DNA of 64,000 bases, from contig NC_043020.1 of the NCBI RefSeq assembly GCF_006345805.1, positions 25,730,001 to 25,794,000 on the forward strand, read 5' to 3'. Each line of letters begins with the position of its first letter. Position 1 is the stretch's first letter. This DNA is from Octopus sinensis. Taxonomy: Eukaryota. The notes under the pieces are model-generated. The model saw only the letters and a list, made by a program, of their open reading frames with translations, did no database searches and was not told the DNA's origin. The position numbers and the translations under genes are program-made. Below are positions 1 to 12,890 of this stretch, in pieces.

Positions 1-877
1 TTCTCTTCTATACTTAACATTTATTTTAAATATATTTATTCCTTAACTCTTGTATTGCAGTTAGACTTACTATGCCTATAAAATTAAATAATACTCTTTT
101 CAAGCGCACGATTCTGCTCAAATGATTTATAAAAATGTTAAATGCAACGCAAATTAGTTTTAATGTTTATTTTTCTACCAAATATATTTAAGCTTTTACG
201 CTTAACGTGGAGTAGTATGTTTACGTGTCTGAAGAGTCTATCATTAAATCATGAAACGTAAAGAAACACGTTAGTAATTTGTAGAGTTTGATACACAGAC
301 AGACAAACACTTACATACAAGAATGCACAAACACACTCACACATACACACATACTCACACAGACACACACGCACACACATATATATATATATATACATTT
401 AAAGATATATGTTAGTATCTATCTATCTATCCATCTATCTATCTATCTCACTTGAAAAGGAAGGTGAGAATGGAGAGGGAAGTTTTGTCTCGCGAAAGAT
501 TCAAAAAAAGATGGGTGAATGTTGCAAAGATGGTGCGTGCTAGTAACGAAACCATTTTGAGCATGATCCTGTAGATCGTAAAAAAGAAAGAAAGAGAGCA
601 TTTTTGACCTCATGTGTTTATTTTCCTCCCTGACTGGGGTTCCCGTGGTCTTTTCTGTAGGCTTTTCTTCCCACGGATGAACCCAATCTTGTTATATCAA
701 TGTTTACACCATTATTTCTGTGATACACGATTTTCCTTTTTTTCCTTTTTTTCCTCCTCTCGATCCCTTTTGATCGCAATCTTACATTTTTTATTTTTTT
801 CCACCCTCGAAAAGAAAAGCTCTGCATTTTGTATTTGTCCCCTCTGTATTCAGCCCTGTGTGGCTAATAAAAGAAAG

Positions 878-1034
<157 letters not shown>

Positions 1035-1084
1035 TATATATATATATATATATACATACATTTAAAGATGTATTTTTAATATAT

Positions 1085-1385
1085 ACATGCATAATCAAAT
1101 ATCGATTGATTTTCGTTATTAATCACCTCTGCCTACGTGGATTGTTTTCGAGTACTTTGTTTTTGTCCGGAAATCTCTTTTTAAAGTAGAAAAAATAGCT
1201 AAGGTTCTTTGGCTGCTATTTCTACACTTCGGTATGTGGTAAAGCAAATCTTTGCTGAACCCTAATTATAAAATATTACTTACGTTTACCGAGGAATGGT
1301 CCCTTTTCATGCCGAATTCTACTTGGAGAAATTATTGATTACTAGTTAATTAATTAATGTTACCCTTTGTTATTATTGATAATAT
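1085..1385. mobile_element. Interspersed repeat, second copy of the element at 57736-57930 (class unknown)
   Basis: 1195-1375 (aatagctaag...cttcggtatgtggtaaagc...gctgaaccc...ccgaattct...ttaccctt) aligns co-linearly with 57745-57925 at roughly 75-80% identity by eye. Confidence 0.75.
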
Positions 1386-1664
1386 AATTTTTCTCGGATA
1401 AAAAAATACAGATTTTTCTGTAGTGTCGTTACTTGACGATACACGTGGATAGGCAGGGGAATGTGATGAACCTCATTCGTATGTTCTGCATTACTCCAGC
1501 ATCGCTGACTTTGATCTGCTTTCTTTTCCTTTTGTAGTTTTGCTTTGTACCTTCTCGCATAGTTCCGGTTTTACGCAGCAACATTCTTTAAAATATGTAT
1601 GTATTTATGTGCGAGTGTATGTATGTGTGTATATATGCATGCGTGAGTGTATGTATGTGTATGT

Positions 1665-1945
1665 TCACTGTGAGCATGACCGACCAGGCCATCAGATGTT
1701 GATACAGATCGCTGGTCACAATGTGCTTCGCACTGTTTTAGCCTTCAAATGACGCCACCCCGCTGGTTAAGCGAGCAGGCCAACAGAAGAGTACAGCAGG
1801 GATCGCCACCAACCCCTGCCGGAACTTCCTGGAGCTTTAAGTGTTTTCGCTCAATAAACACTCACAACGTCCTGTCTGGTAATCGAAACCGCAATCCTAC
1901 GACCGCGAGTCCGCTGCCATAACCACTGGGTCATTGCGCCTCCAC
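1665..1945 (-). mobile_element. tRNA-derived SINE, family C (full length)
   Basis: Reverse complement starts gtggaggcgcaatgacccagtggttatggcagcgg (A-box-like) then cggtttcgattacc (B-box-like); homologous to 24548 (+) and 46512-46795 (-). Confidence 0.85.
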
Positions 1946-1989
1946 GTATGTGTATGTACGTATGTATGCATATATCTATGTATGGGTGT

Positions 1990-2210
1990 GTGTCTCTCTG
2001 TTTCTGTGTTTATGCCCCATCACCGCTTGACAACCGGTCTGTGTGTGTGTGTTTACGTCCCCGTAACATGAGCGGTTCGGCAACAGGTACCGATAGAATA
2101 TGTAACAGGTTTTACAACAAAACATTTATCATTTGATTAAAAATTCTTCAAGGTGCTGCCCCAGCATGGCCGCCCGTCTAATTACGAAAACAACTAAACG
2201 AATAAAAGAT
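1990..2210 (+). mobile_element. 3' half of CORE-type SINE (family A)
   Basis: ccgcttgacaaccg...tttacgtccccgtaacatgagcggttcggc...ccagcatggccgc matches the tail of the copy at 61075-61285. Confidence 0.8.
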
Positions 2211-2699
2211 AAACAACAAAAGATCGCGCTAGTGAAAACCTATCTGAAAGGAAATAGGATTTTCGCTGCTAGAATTCCAAAATCTTTGATCACACGAATG
2301 CTAGATCCTGGGGCCAATTCGAGAAAATCACCAAAAATTACATCTATTAAATAACAAAATTCTTTCCAACTCCTCCTGCTCCGCTTCCTGTTTGTCTCTT
2401 CCCAATATGGCTTATACGCGGTCTGTGTTTGTTTTAAATGGTATCTTCAATATCTCTCTCCTTTAAGCACTTTTCAAGTCCCATTGTTATGTCGTAGATA
2501 CATATGGAAAGTAATTATCTTTTTATTTTTCCTCTCAGTTTCTTCGAACAACCGTTTCTCTTACTAATATCCGTTATTTCCTGCTGATATCCCTTCCATT
2601 GTTGCTCAAGTCCCGAGTCGTTCCTTGCAGTTACGGCTCGGGAAAGAAACCTCTCGCTGTTGTGGCGGTCGTTCCTCTTATCGATTCCATTGTCATTCG

Positions 2700-2998
<299 letters not shown>

Positions 2999-3059
2999 TT
3001 TGTGTCGAAGTTTGCTGATGATGTTCAAATTCCTAATTTTGTTGCTACGGTTATTATTT

Positions 3060-4230
3060 TAGTTGTTCTTGTTGTTGCTGGTGGTGGTGATGGTGGTGGT
3101 GTGGTGTTGTTGTGGTTGCTGCTGGTATTGATGGTGGTGGTTGTGGTGGTGGTGTTGTTGTTGTTGTTGGTGGTGGTGGTGTTGTTGCTGCTGGTGGTGA
3201 TGGTAGTGGTTGTGGTGGTGGTGTTGTGTTGTTGGTGGTGGTGGTGTTGTTGTTGTGTTGTTGGTGGTGATGGTGGTGGTTGTGGTGTTGTTGTTGTTGC
3301 TGCTGGTAGTGATGGTGGTGGTGTTGTTTGTTGGTGGTGGTGTTGTGTTGTTGGTGGTGGTGTGTTGTTGTTGTTGCTGGTGGTGGTGATGGTGTGGTTG
3401 TGGTGGTGGTTGTTGTTGTTGGTGGTGGTGGTGTTGTGTTGTTGTTGTGGTGGTGGTGGTGTGGTGGTGTTGTTGTGTTGGTGGTGATGGTAGTGGTTGT
3501 GGTGGTGGTGGTGGTGGTGGTTGTTGTTGTTGTTGGTGGTGGTGTTGTGTTGTTGGTGGTGGTGTGGTGGTGGTGTTGTTGTTGGTGGTGGTGTTGTTGT
3601 TGTTGTTGTTGTGGTGGTGGTGTGGTGTTGTTGTGGTGGTGATGGTGGTGGTTGTGGTGTTGTTGTTGTTGCTGCTGGTAGTGATGGTGGTGGTTGTGGT
3701 GGTGGTGTTGTTGTTGTTGGTGGTGGTGGTGGTGTTGTTGCTGCTGGTGGTGATGGTGGTGGTTGTGTGGTGGTGTTGTTGTTGTTGTTGGTGGTGGTGG
3801 TGTTGTTGTTGTTTGTTGGTGGTGATGGTGTGGTTGTGGTGTGTTGTTGTTGGTGGTGGTGGTGGTGGTGATGGTGGTGGTTGTGGTGTTGTTGTTGTTT
3901 GTTGGTGGTGGTGGTGTTGTTGCTGCTGGTGGTGATGGTGGTGGTTGTGGTGGTGGTGTTGTTGTTGTTGTGGTGGTGGTGTTGTTGTTGTTGTTGGTGG
4001 TGATGGTGGTGGTTGTGGTGTTGTTGTTGTTGCTGCTGGTAGTGATGGTGGTGGTTGTGGTGTTGTTGTTGTTGTTGTTGTTGCTGCTGGTAGTGATGGT
4101 AGTGGTTGTGGTGGTGGTGTTGTTGTTGTTGTTGGTGGTGGTGGTGTTGTTGTTGTTGGTGGTGATGGTGGTGGTTGTGGTGTTGTTGTTGTTGGTGGTG
4201 GTGGTGGTGATGGTAGTGGTGGTGGTGTTT
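3060..4230. repeat. Compound (GGT/GTT)n low-complexity tract with ~60-bp higher-order repeats
   Basis: ggtgatggtggtggttgtggtgttgttgttgttgctgctggtagtgat recurs near 3265, 3640 and 4000. Confidence 0.95.
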
Positions 4231-4307
4231 GGGTAATAATAGCAGTAGTAGAAGTAATAATAGTGGTTGTGGTACTACTGGTGCTGATCTTATCCCTATT
4301 TATATAA

Positions 4308-4355
<48 letters not shown>

Positions 4356-4540
4356 AAAAACTCCCACCTTTTATCAATTCAAAATGAATAATTAAATTAC
4401 ACCATCTAGAAAATTACATATAATAGAAAAGTTAAATTAAAATAAGAATTAAAAAGTAAAGATTAAGTAAAATTACAAGAATAATGTAATGTATATAATA
4501 GGTAGAAAAACAATTATAATTATTATATATATTTTTTTTT

Positions 4541-4584
<44 letters not shown>

Positions 4585-5387
4585 TAGAAAATAGTAAAAA
4601 GTGAAAAAACTACTGAAGGCTTAAAGGTTAAAATATATATATATTTGCGTCAATATGTCTGAAGAATATTAAAAATTGTTTTCTTACAATGACATAATTT
4701 AGAAGAAAGACCGGTTTCGCGTTTAGCTTTTCAAATTTGTTGCGACGTTATGTTTATCTTGAACATACATATATATACACATACACACACACACATATAT
4801 ATATATTGCCTTTTTACCTTGGGTGATTTAATCTTTGTACAATCAATTATATAGCTGATCACATTTTAAAATATCACACTTAAATACAAAGACGGACCAA
4901 AAATGAAAGATGAAAATGGAAGGGAAAGAAAAGAAATGCCAGTGGATATAAAATAACTGATATGGGAGACGGGTCGCCGGGTTTCATATCCCAGAAAAAA
5001 TGGGGTTCCCTATCCCTTTCCGCAGTAATCGCTGTGATGACGTATCCGTGGAGACTGGCCGGTGGCACTCGCTGCAGCAACAACGTCACCTCACCGGAAT
5101 TTATTTTCCAGACAGATCATTGTTATCCCGATTTGGATTATCAACAAAGGTGACCAAGGTGAAACAGAGGAATCTCATCAGATGTGAATAATGTGGTTTG
5201 TGACGAGTTAAAGTAAAGAAGCCATTAATATTTGTTTTGTAATACGGACGATGTAAGGCGGTGAGGAGGAAGAAATTTCATCTTTCAGATTGCAATTTTT
5301 GAATTGTTAGAAATAAAATTACGGAGATGTACTTGCATAGCGAGTGACCTGATCTGAGATTGTGTGCTGGAACGAAAGCAATTAGAG

Positions 5388-5564
5388 CGTGGAAGGTGTT
5401 TATAAGCCATTTAAGAAACACACAAAAATGCAGCACGAAGTTTTATCAGTGAACAAGTCACGGTCTCAGAGCGACGAAAATATTTTGACAAATTAAATTT
5501 AAATGTTGAAGTGATTCTCACGGTTTTTGTGTGTTTCTTAAATGGCTTATAAACACCTTCCACG
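5388..5564. mobile_element. MITE-like element with perfect 41-bp inverted repeats
   Basis: 5388-5428 cgtggaaggtgtttataagccatttaagaaacacacaaaaa is the exact reverse complement of 5524-5564; 95-bp spacer. Confidence 0.8.
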
Positions 5565-6264
5565 AGGCAATTGTTTGTTAGAAATAAAATGTTTTATTAA
5601 AAAAAAAACACGGACACAGTTCGTTACTAAAGCTAAAATTCACAACAGCTATTTATATCGCTTGATGAACCACTAACTATTCCGATTTCTTTCCAAGATT
5701 CTTTGAATTCCAGTGAAGATGAAGATAAAGATTAAGATGGAGCTGCTGTTGCTAATGGTGCTTCTTGATTTTTGACAAGTTTCGAATATGAACCAGAAGA
5801 GATTATAGATACAAATCTCTTCATACATGAAAGTTTGTGCAATCTTTTGATGGATTTCAAACCGTCAGGAGATAAGGAAGGGTTTCTCGGTTTTCGCTTG
5901 ATAGAAAGAAATTTGCTTGAAGAAAGTATAACAGTGAAATACTAAAGAAAGTGAAGTTTTGATTTAGCAGTTTATTTCAAATTGTATGATTCCGCTTTGT
6001 TATTCTACTGATATTAATGGTCCTTCTGCAAGTTTATCTGCAAAGAATTTTTTTTATAGATTCATCACTAAAAAGTTTAAGATCTGTTTTATTGCATATC
6101 AGATATCCAAAAACTATTCCTATCACATATTCAGTGACTTTAAACGAATCCTAAATTAGCATACAGTCTTAGATGGGTAACATATAAACTTAATACAAAA
6201 CAATAATTTATAGTAGCAGAACCTATATTTCCAACAAACTGCCGTTAATATGTACACAGGGAGA

Positions 6265-6905
6265 AGGACGGCGAGTTGGCAGAACCGTTAACACTATAGG
6301 CAAATTGCTCAGCGGCATTTCGTCCTCCTCTATGCTGAGTTCAAATGCCGCTGGGGTCGACTTTGCCGTTCATTCTTTCGGGGTCGATAAAATAAGTCCC
6401 AGTTAAGCACGAGGGTCGATGTACCCGACTTACCCGTCCCATTGAAATTGCTGGCCTTTTCCTAAATTTTCAAATCACTATGTAAAGATGGAGTGAAGCG
6501 GTGAGCTGGCAGAATCGTTAGCATGCGAGCCAAAATGCTTCAAACTATTTCACCCATCTTTTGATTCCGAGTTCTAATTCTGTCGTGGTCGACTTTGCCG
6601 TTCATATCTTCGGAGTCGATAAAATAGGTACAAGATGAACAACGGTGGTCGCTGTAATCAACTTACTTTTACCCCCAAATTACCTTGTACCTAAATTTGA
6701 AATTAATATGTAGACAAGAAATAAGGTAGTGAGCTGACAGAATTTTTGGCCCACCGGGCAATACTTAGCGGCATGGCACCACTTTTGGCCGACCGGGCAA
6801 ATGCTTAGCGGCATGGCACCACTTTGCCCTCCATCCTTTCAGAGTCGGTAAAAGAAATACTAGTTGAGTACTAAATTGCTGGCCTTGTGCCAAAATTTGA
6901 AATTG
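6265..6905 (+). mobile_element. Three tandem diverged Nin/Deu-domain tRNA-SINE copies (family B)
   Basis: Heads ggcgagttggcagaa (~6270), gcggtgagctggcagaa (~6497), gtagtgagctgacagaa (~6726), each followed by cactttgcc/gactttgcc...catcctttc-like...gtcgat/gtcggtaaaa core. Confidence 0.85.
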
Positions 6906-7629
6906 ATATGTATTCAAGGACTGATCATCAAACACTGCTACCCTATAAATCTGTGAGATAACCGTATTAAAACACAAAGTTATGATTAAAGAAAAAGCAA
7001 ACCTGATTTTCATATCTTCCTTGAAGACAACATTTAACCATTTCCTGTTGTTAATCCGACGTTTAAGAAGATTTCAGAAAATATCACATAAAAATCAGTT
7101 TAATGAGAATATTTGCCAAGGCTATGGGTAAAAATCTATAAAAAAAACTTACATAAAGTGTTTCATTTTTTTTTCTTAGAAATATTTCCGAAATTAATTC
7201 CGACAAAAATTAAAGAAAGTATTATAGGAAGTTAGTTCCAAGAGTTATAAAAAGAGAGAACTTTTAATAGACCACTCACAGTATCTGAGACAAAAGATTG
7301 ACAGGCCTTCAGGTTGGCGATCTATGTTGACGTTTTAGGAAATTACAGGTCGCCATTTCATTTTGAAAAGATTTTTGTCCGACTGACTGAAGTTCCCAAA
7401 GATACGTGGTGTCGCATAGCCACTAATTTACATTTCATACATTCACATCTAGATGTGATGAAGTTCGGAAGTTCTTGGTGCAAATATTGACGAACAAAAG
7501 ACAGAGAGAGACAGAGGAAGAGAGAGTGGGTGAGAGATTTCGTCAGGATATTAAATCAATGCAAGTTTGCTTTCAAGAATTCTAGAAATAAACATGATGG
7601 CAGACAACATCAGGATGGTATTTTGTGAC

Positions 7630-7862
7630 CAGCTGGTGAGCTGGTAGAAACGTTAGCACGCCGGGCTTAATGCCTAGCGGTATTTCGTCTGCCGCTACGT
7701 TCTGAGTTCAAATTCCGACGAGGCCGACTTTGTCTTTCATCCTTTCGGGGTCGATTAAATAAGTACCAGTTACGCACTGGGGTCGATATAATCGACTTAA
7801 TCCGTGTGTCCGTCCTTGTTTGTCCCTTCTGTGTTTAGTCCCTTGTGGGTAGTAAAGAAATA
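7630..7862 (+). mobile_element. Full-length family B SINE with 13-bp target-site duplication
   Basis: Head ctggtgagctggtagaaacgttagcacg, B-box-like gagttcaaattcc, core gactttgtctttcatcctttcggggtcgat; ggtattttgtgac at 7617-7629 and 7863-7875. Confidence 0.92.
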
Positions 7863-8233
7863 GGTATTTTGTGACTATGCAAATCATATTTACAAGATAA
7901 GGTCATATTATCACATTTTGTTGCGTGTATGTATTTCATATAAAGATATATCCGTCCTCACCAAACAAAATATCCTCCTTCACGTTGCATACATACATAC
8001 ATACATACATACATACATTCACATATACATACATACTTATATACATGCATACATACATACATACATACATACGTATGTATGTATGTTTGTGTGAGCATAT
8101 CCATACACATATATATACACATATATAGCTATATTTATACTTACTTGTGTACATATCCACGTACATCAATACTGCTTCAGATCTATAGATTTAGCATTGT
8201 ACTTGAAAAAAAGTGAAGAGCTAAAAAACATAT

Positions 8234-8273
<40 letters not shown>

Positions 8274-8635
8274 ACACATATATATATATATATATTATAT
8301 ATATATATATATATACATATATATAAATATATATATGCACACACACACATAAATACACACATATATCTATTTATAATATACACACACGCCGCACATATGT
8401 ATATCACCTAATCAATATCACATGTAGAGGATATTGAGAACAATTTGCCGCATGAAATTCTGATACGTATTTCCCAGGTTTCACAGTTTGGTTTCACCTT
8501 ATTTTTATTTGTTTCTTTATCCCGCTCCTATATAACTATACGCCATATTTTTAGATATTTCTGTTAAGCTTATTTTTTACTTCCATTCCATTCCTTATCT
8601 TCCTTACATATATATCCCTATACATATATATATAT

Positions 8636-8687
<52 letters not shown>

Positions 8688-8696
8688 CATACATAC

Positions 8697-8731
<35 letters not shown>

Positions 8732-9042
8732 CATACATACATACATATATATATATATATGTATGTATGTATGTGTGTATATAAATCCTTCATATATATA
8801 CACGTATAGGTATGCATATAATGTGTATTATATATGCGTAGTGTACCTTCCAGACACAAATATGGAATACTCTTACGGTTTCCATATAACTTATTTTTCT
8901 ATTTTTTTATTGATATTGCAGTGTTTATTTTTTCGCCTCTGAAACATAGAGAATAAAAATCATTAAGGGAGATAACTTGAGCTAACATCTGGCTGTTCTG
9001 ATAATTGAATTTTTAATCTCTTTTTTCTTTATATATATTATA

Positions 9043-9074
<32 letters not shown>

Positions 9075-9633
9075 TCTCTCTGCCAATATGTAAACTATAA
9101 CTACACTTGTTTTCCTTTGTGTTAATTTTATGGTTGTATTTTCTTTTTTGTTTTTTCGTTACGAATGTTAGTGTTTGTAATATCTATAATACTACTAGTA
9201 GCTTTAGAGCTTTCAGTTGTTTTTCTTTCGCAAACTTTTAATCAGTATACCCATTTTTCTTCAATTAATCAATGAAATTGTTATTCCTCTTGTTACTCTT
9301 GTCGTTGTTCTTGCATTGTTATTCAGCCCTGGGTCGTTACTATTCAAGCAGACATATCTTGAAAGCAATCTAGTTATTATTATCAAATGCAATATTATTT
9401 TCACCAAAATATACCCAGGAATACTTTATTCAAAACATTTTTCCAATTTTAACGATAATTTCAGTGTGGTTTAGAGAAGACCAGAATTGCTGAAAGTTGG
9501 TCGTCTGCACAGAGACTCCCACCTTCATTCGCATTAGCCTTACATTTATTGATGTTGTTGGTGTTATTGTTGTCGTCGTAGTTGTTTAGTTCATGATCAG
9601 TGCTTTTCCAGCAGACTTTTGATTGAAATGTAT

Positions 9634-9862
9634 GCAGGAGTGGCTGTGTGGTAAGTAGCTTGCTTACCAACTACATGGTTCCGGGTTCCTTCCCACTGCG
9701 TGACCCCTTGCGCAAGTGTCTTCTATTATAGCCTCGGGCCGACCAAAGCCTTGTGAGTGGATTTGGTAGACAGAAACTGAAAGAAGACTAGACTGTCGTA
9801 TATATATGTATATATATATATATAAAATAGATAGATAGATATATACATACATACATATATTC

Positions 9863-9912
<50 letters not shown>

Positions 9913-10067
9913 GTATGTGTGTGTGTATATGTTTGTGTGTCTGTAAAAAAGTGACCGATAGAATAAGTACGAGGCTTATAAAGAATAAGTCCTGGGGTTG
10001 ATTTGCTTGACTAAAGGCGGTGCTCCAGCATGGCTGCAGTCAAATGACTGAAACAAGTAAAAGAGTA
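9634..10067 (+). mobile_element. CORE-type tRNA-SINE (family A) with internal (TA)n
   Basis: gcaggagtggctgtgtggtaag head, ggttccgggttc, CORE-like ccttgcgcaagtg, central microsatellite, tail ggtgctccagcatggctgcagtcaaatgactgaaacaagtaaaagag. Confidence 0.9.
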
Positions 10068-10534
10068 AGTTAACAACACACCACTTGTGACTTGGGCAAC
10101 AAGGCATCATTAAAATATAACGAACGTACGCTATTTACATTTGTAGAACGGATGTCCTCATCTTGATTGTTGCTTTCACTAAGTTTCGGCTGCTGAACTC
10201 GGTTGTCGTAATTCTTTGTTTTATCTAGGGGATTCACTGTTCTTATTCCACCCTCTGTGATATTTCATGATATTTTTTCGTTCTTGGTAAATTTTTTGGT
10301 GAATTCAGCGTAGTGGCCTGAAATCAAATAAATAATATTTTCAAAATTTACCATACAAAAACCGAGTTCGACACAACACACCCGAAGAAGGCTCGAACGT
10401 ACATCAGTGGAATCGTTGCGAAAGCACCGTTCCATTTGTTAGCTTTGGACGAGTAGACCTAAGTCTAAAGACATTTTTATTGAGTTCATCACGGCTTTTT
10501 GACATAAGTCTCCATCTTTATTTTATACACTGAC

Positions 10535-10740
10535 AAGGCAGCAAGCTGGCAGAATCGTCACAGCGCCAGAAAAATTAATATCGTCATTCGTCCATCGTTC
10601 TGAGTTCAAATTCCGCCGAGGTCGATTTCGCATTCCTTCTTATGGGGTCGATGAAATAAGTACATCTCAAGCACTGACGTCAGTCTAATGGACAGAGCTA
10701 CACCTCCAGAATTTCAGGCCGTGTGTCTATAATAATATAA
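10535..10740 (+). mobile_element. Diverged family B SINE
   Basis: ggcagcaagctggcagaatcg...ttctgagttcaaattccgccgaggtcga...ggggtcgatgaaataagtac. Confidence 0.8.
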
Positions 10741-11164
10741 AGGATTATTTTGTATACAGATGGCGTTATTTTAAATTAAATTCTTTCTTTAAATGAAGAG
10801 TGTGTTCAGTCGAGAAATTTAGCTGCCATAGCTAGCACGCCAATACCCTAAACAAAGGTTCCTCACTTCGCTCTCTCTCCCCCTGCCTTTCTCTCTCTCT
10901 CCCTCTCTCTGTTATTAGCTATAAAATCTCAAATTCTAGTGAAATTTAATTAAAAGAAAATCATCACAATTTAATGAGAAATGCGGCAGAGAGAAAATTA
11001 AAATTATAATGAAGGAAAGCTTTTCAAATGTATAAATAAAGAAAATTTTAAAATACAAAAAAATTAAAGAATATATTACAAATAGCCATATATTTTCAGA
11101 ATTCGTTTAAGACTCTATTAAGACTCTCGTTTAAAACTCTCTAAAAGTAGGGTCCCGATTAAGA

Positions 11165-11590
11165 CAGTGAGTAGGCCAAGTCGGACAAAATGCTTAGCAC
11201 TCTTTCGTTCGCCTTTACATTCTGAGTTCAAATTTCGCCGAGGTCACCTTTGTCTTTCATCCTATCGGGGTCGATAACTTAAGTACCAGTTGCGTCCTGG
11301 GGTCGATCTAATCGACTGGCTATCTCCCCAAAAATGTCAAGCCTTATCCCTAGAGTAGAAAAGAATAGTGTGGTGCCAATTAGGGAAGAGAGCTGGCAGA
11401 ATCATTAGCAAATCGGGAAAATGCATAGCGCCATTTCGTTCGTCTTTACGTTCTGAGTTCAAATTCTGCCGAGGTTAACTTTACCTTTCTGAGTCGGTAA
11501 AATAAGTACCGGCCTATCACTGGTATTTATTTTAATAAACTAACCTCATACCTCTGTATTTACTGGCCTTGTGCAAAAATTTAAAAATCA
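11165..11590 (+). mobile_element. Two tandem diverged family B SINEs
   Basis: ttctgagttcaaatt(t/c)(c/t)gccgaggt cores at ~11220 and ~11452; second head gagagctggcagaatc at ~11388. Confidence 0.8.
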
Positions 11591-11639
11591 ATAATTAGTC
11601 ACAGACAGTTGTTTATTTGGCTTTCTTCCTGTTTCTATT

Positions 11640-12530
11640 TTATTTCCTTAGCTTTGCTGTAAATGTTCTTGAGCTTTTTTATATTTGCTTTCCATAGATT
11701 TCTTGCCATGTTCCTCATTTATCGATAGCATTTTTCATTTATTAATAAATATGTTCCAAATATTCTTACTTTATTACTTCTGTTATTATCTCAGTTTTGT
11801 CGACATTTTCTTTGCTTTGTTGCTAATTTAAACACATATTTGTGGTTGGATTTCATTATTTGTGTTGCTTTTCTTCCAAGTTCAACACCTTTTTCTTATT
11901 TGTCTTACTAATTCTCACTTATTTCCATTGTTGTGTTTTATTAATTTTTTGGATTGCTATCGTTTCCCTTCTGTTGCTTTCTTCTTGACTTTGTTGCTAA
12001 CTTCAACTTATTTCCATCGTTGCATTCTCTTATCTTTGTTGTAATTTTTTCCAGATTAATCACCAATTCCTAGTTTTGTTGCTATTTTTAAAACTGACTG
12101 CACTTCCAAAATATACTTTGCATTGTTTCTTTCTAAATTTATTGTAATATTCTTAGTCATGTTACAAATCTTAAGTTTCCTGTTGCTAATCTGTATAGGC
12201 CAGCCGCCATTTTCCTTGCTTTTCTTACTAATCCGAGCTTATTTCATTATTTGCTTCGATATTTTACAATTTTCCCCATTTTTCCTTTTGTTTAGTTGCT
12301 AATTTTAATATATCTGTTGTTCACATTTTCTTATTGCTGTTGCTATTTTGTCCTCCCAGGCGGGAATATTCCAAGTTTTGTTGCTAATCATAAGTACTAT
12401 TTTTATTGTTACATCATATTACCTATGTTGCTTTCCCCCCACTTTTGTTGCAATTTCTATGGTTTTGTTGCAACTCCTAAATGTTGTACAACTAATTTTC
12501 TTAGACTTGTCGTTGCTATTTGACTAACGT
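11640..12530. repeat. Degenerate T-rich minisatellite (recurrent ttgttgctaat-like motif)
   Basis: (t/c)tgttgct(a/t)a(t/c)-like motif near 11817, 11990, 12076, 12180, 12294, 12378, 12445; ttatttccat(t/c)gttg repeated at ~11909 and ~12008. Confidence 0.55.
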
Positions 12531-12858
12531 CGTTGTTGTTGCTATCGTCTTTTTTTGTTGTTGCTGTCTATGATTTTATTTTCTCTTCAATTTCTAAAGA
12601 TCAAAGAAATCGATTAACACTTAGTGTTAGATAGTTTGTTTCTAGTTGCTTTTTTTTGTTTTTTTTTGTTACTTAATCTTGCTTTCTTGTGCTATATGTT
12701 TGTGTTTGTGAGCGGTGAGGGGGCATCTAGGTGTCTACGTGTGTTCATATTTACGTGTTTGTATTTGTGAGACTGTTAGGATGGACATAGTACCACACAG
12801 GAGCAAATTATCAGGGTCTCTTTTACGGTTGCGAATACACATACAAATACACACACAT

Positions 12859-12890
<32 letters not shown>

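Noticed and set aside
7443-7458. Perfect 16-bp palindrome tcacatctagatgtga
   Set aside because: Isolated, plausible by chance in 64 kb; opposite arrangement to a bacterial CRP site and wrong kingdom.
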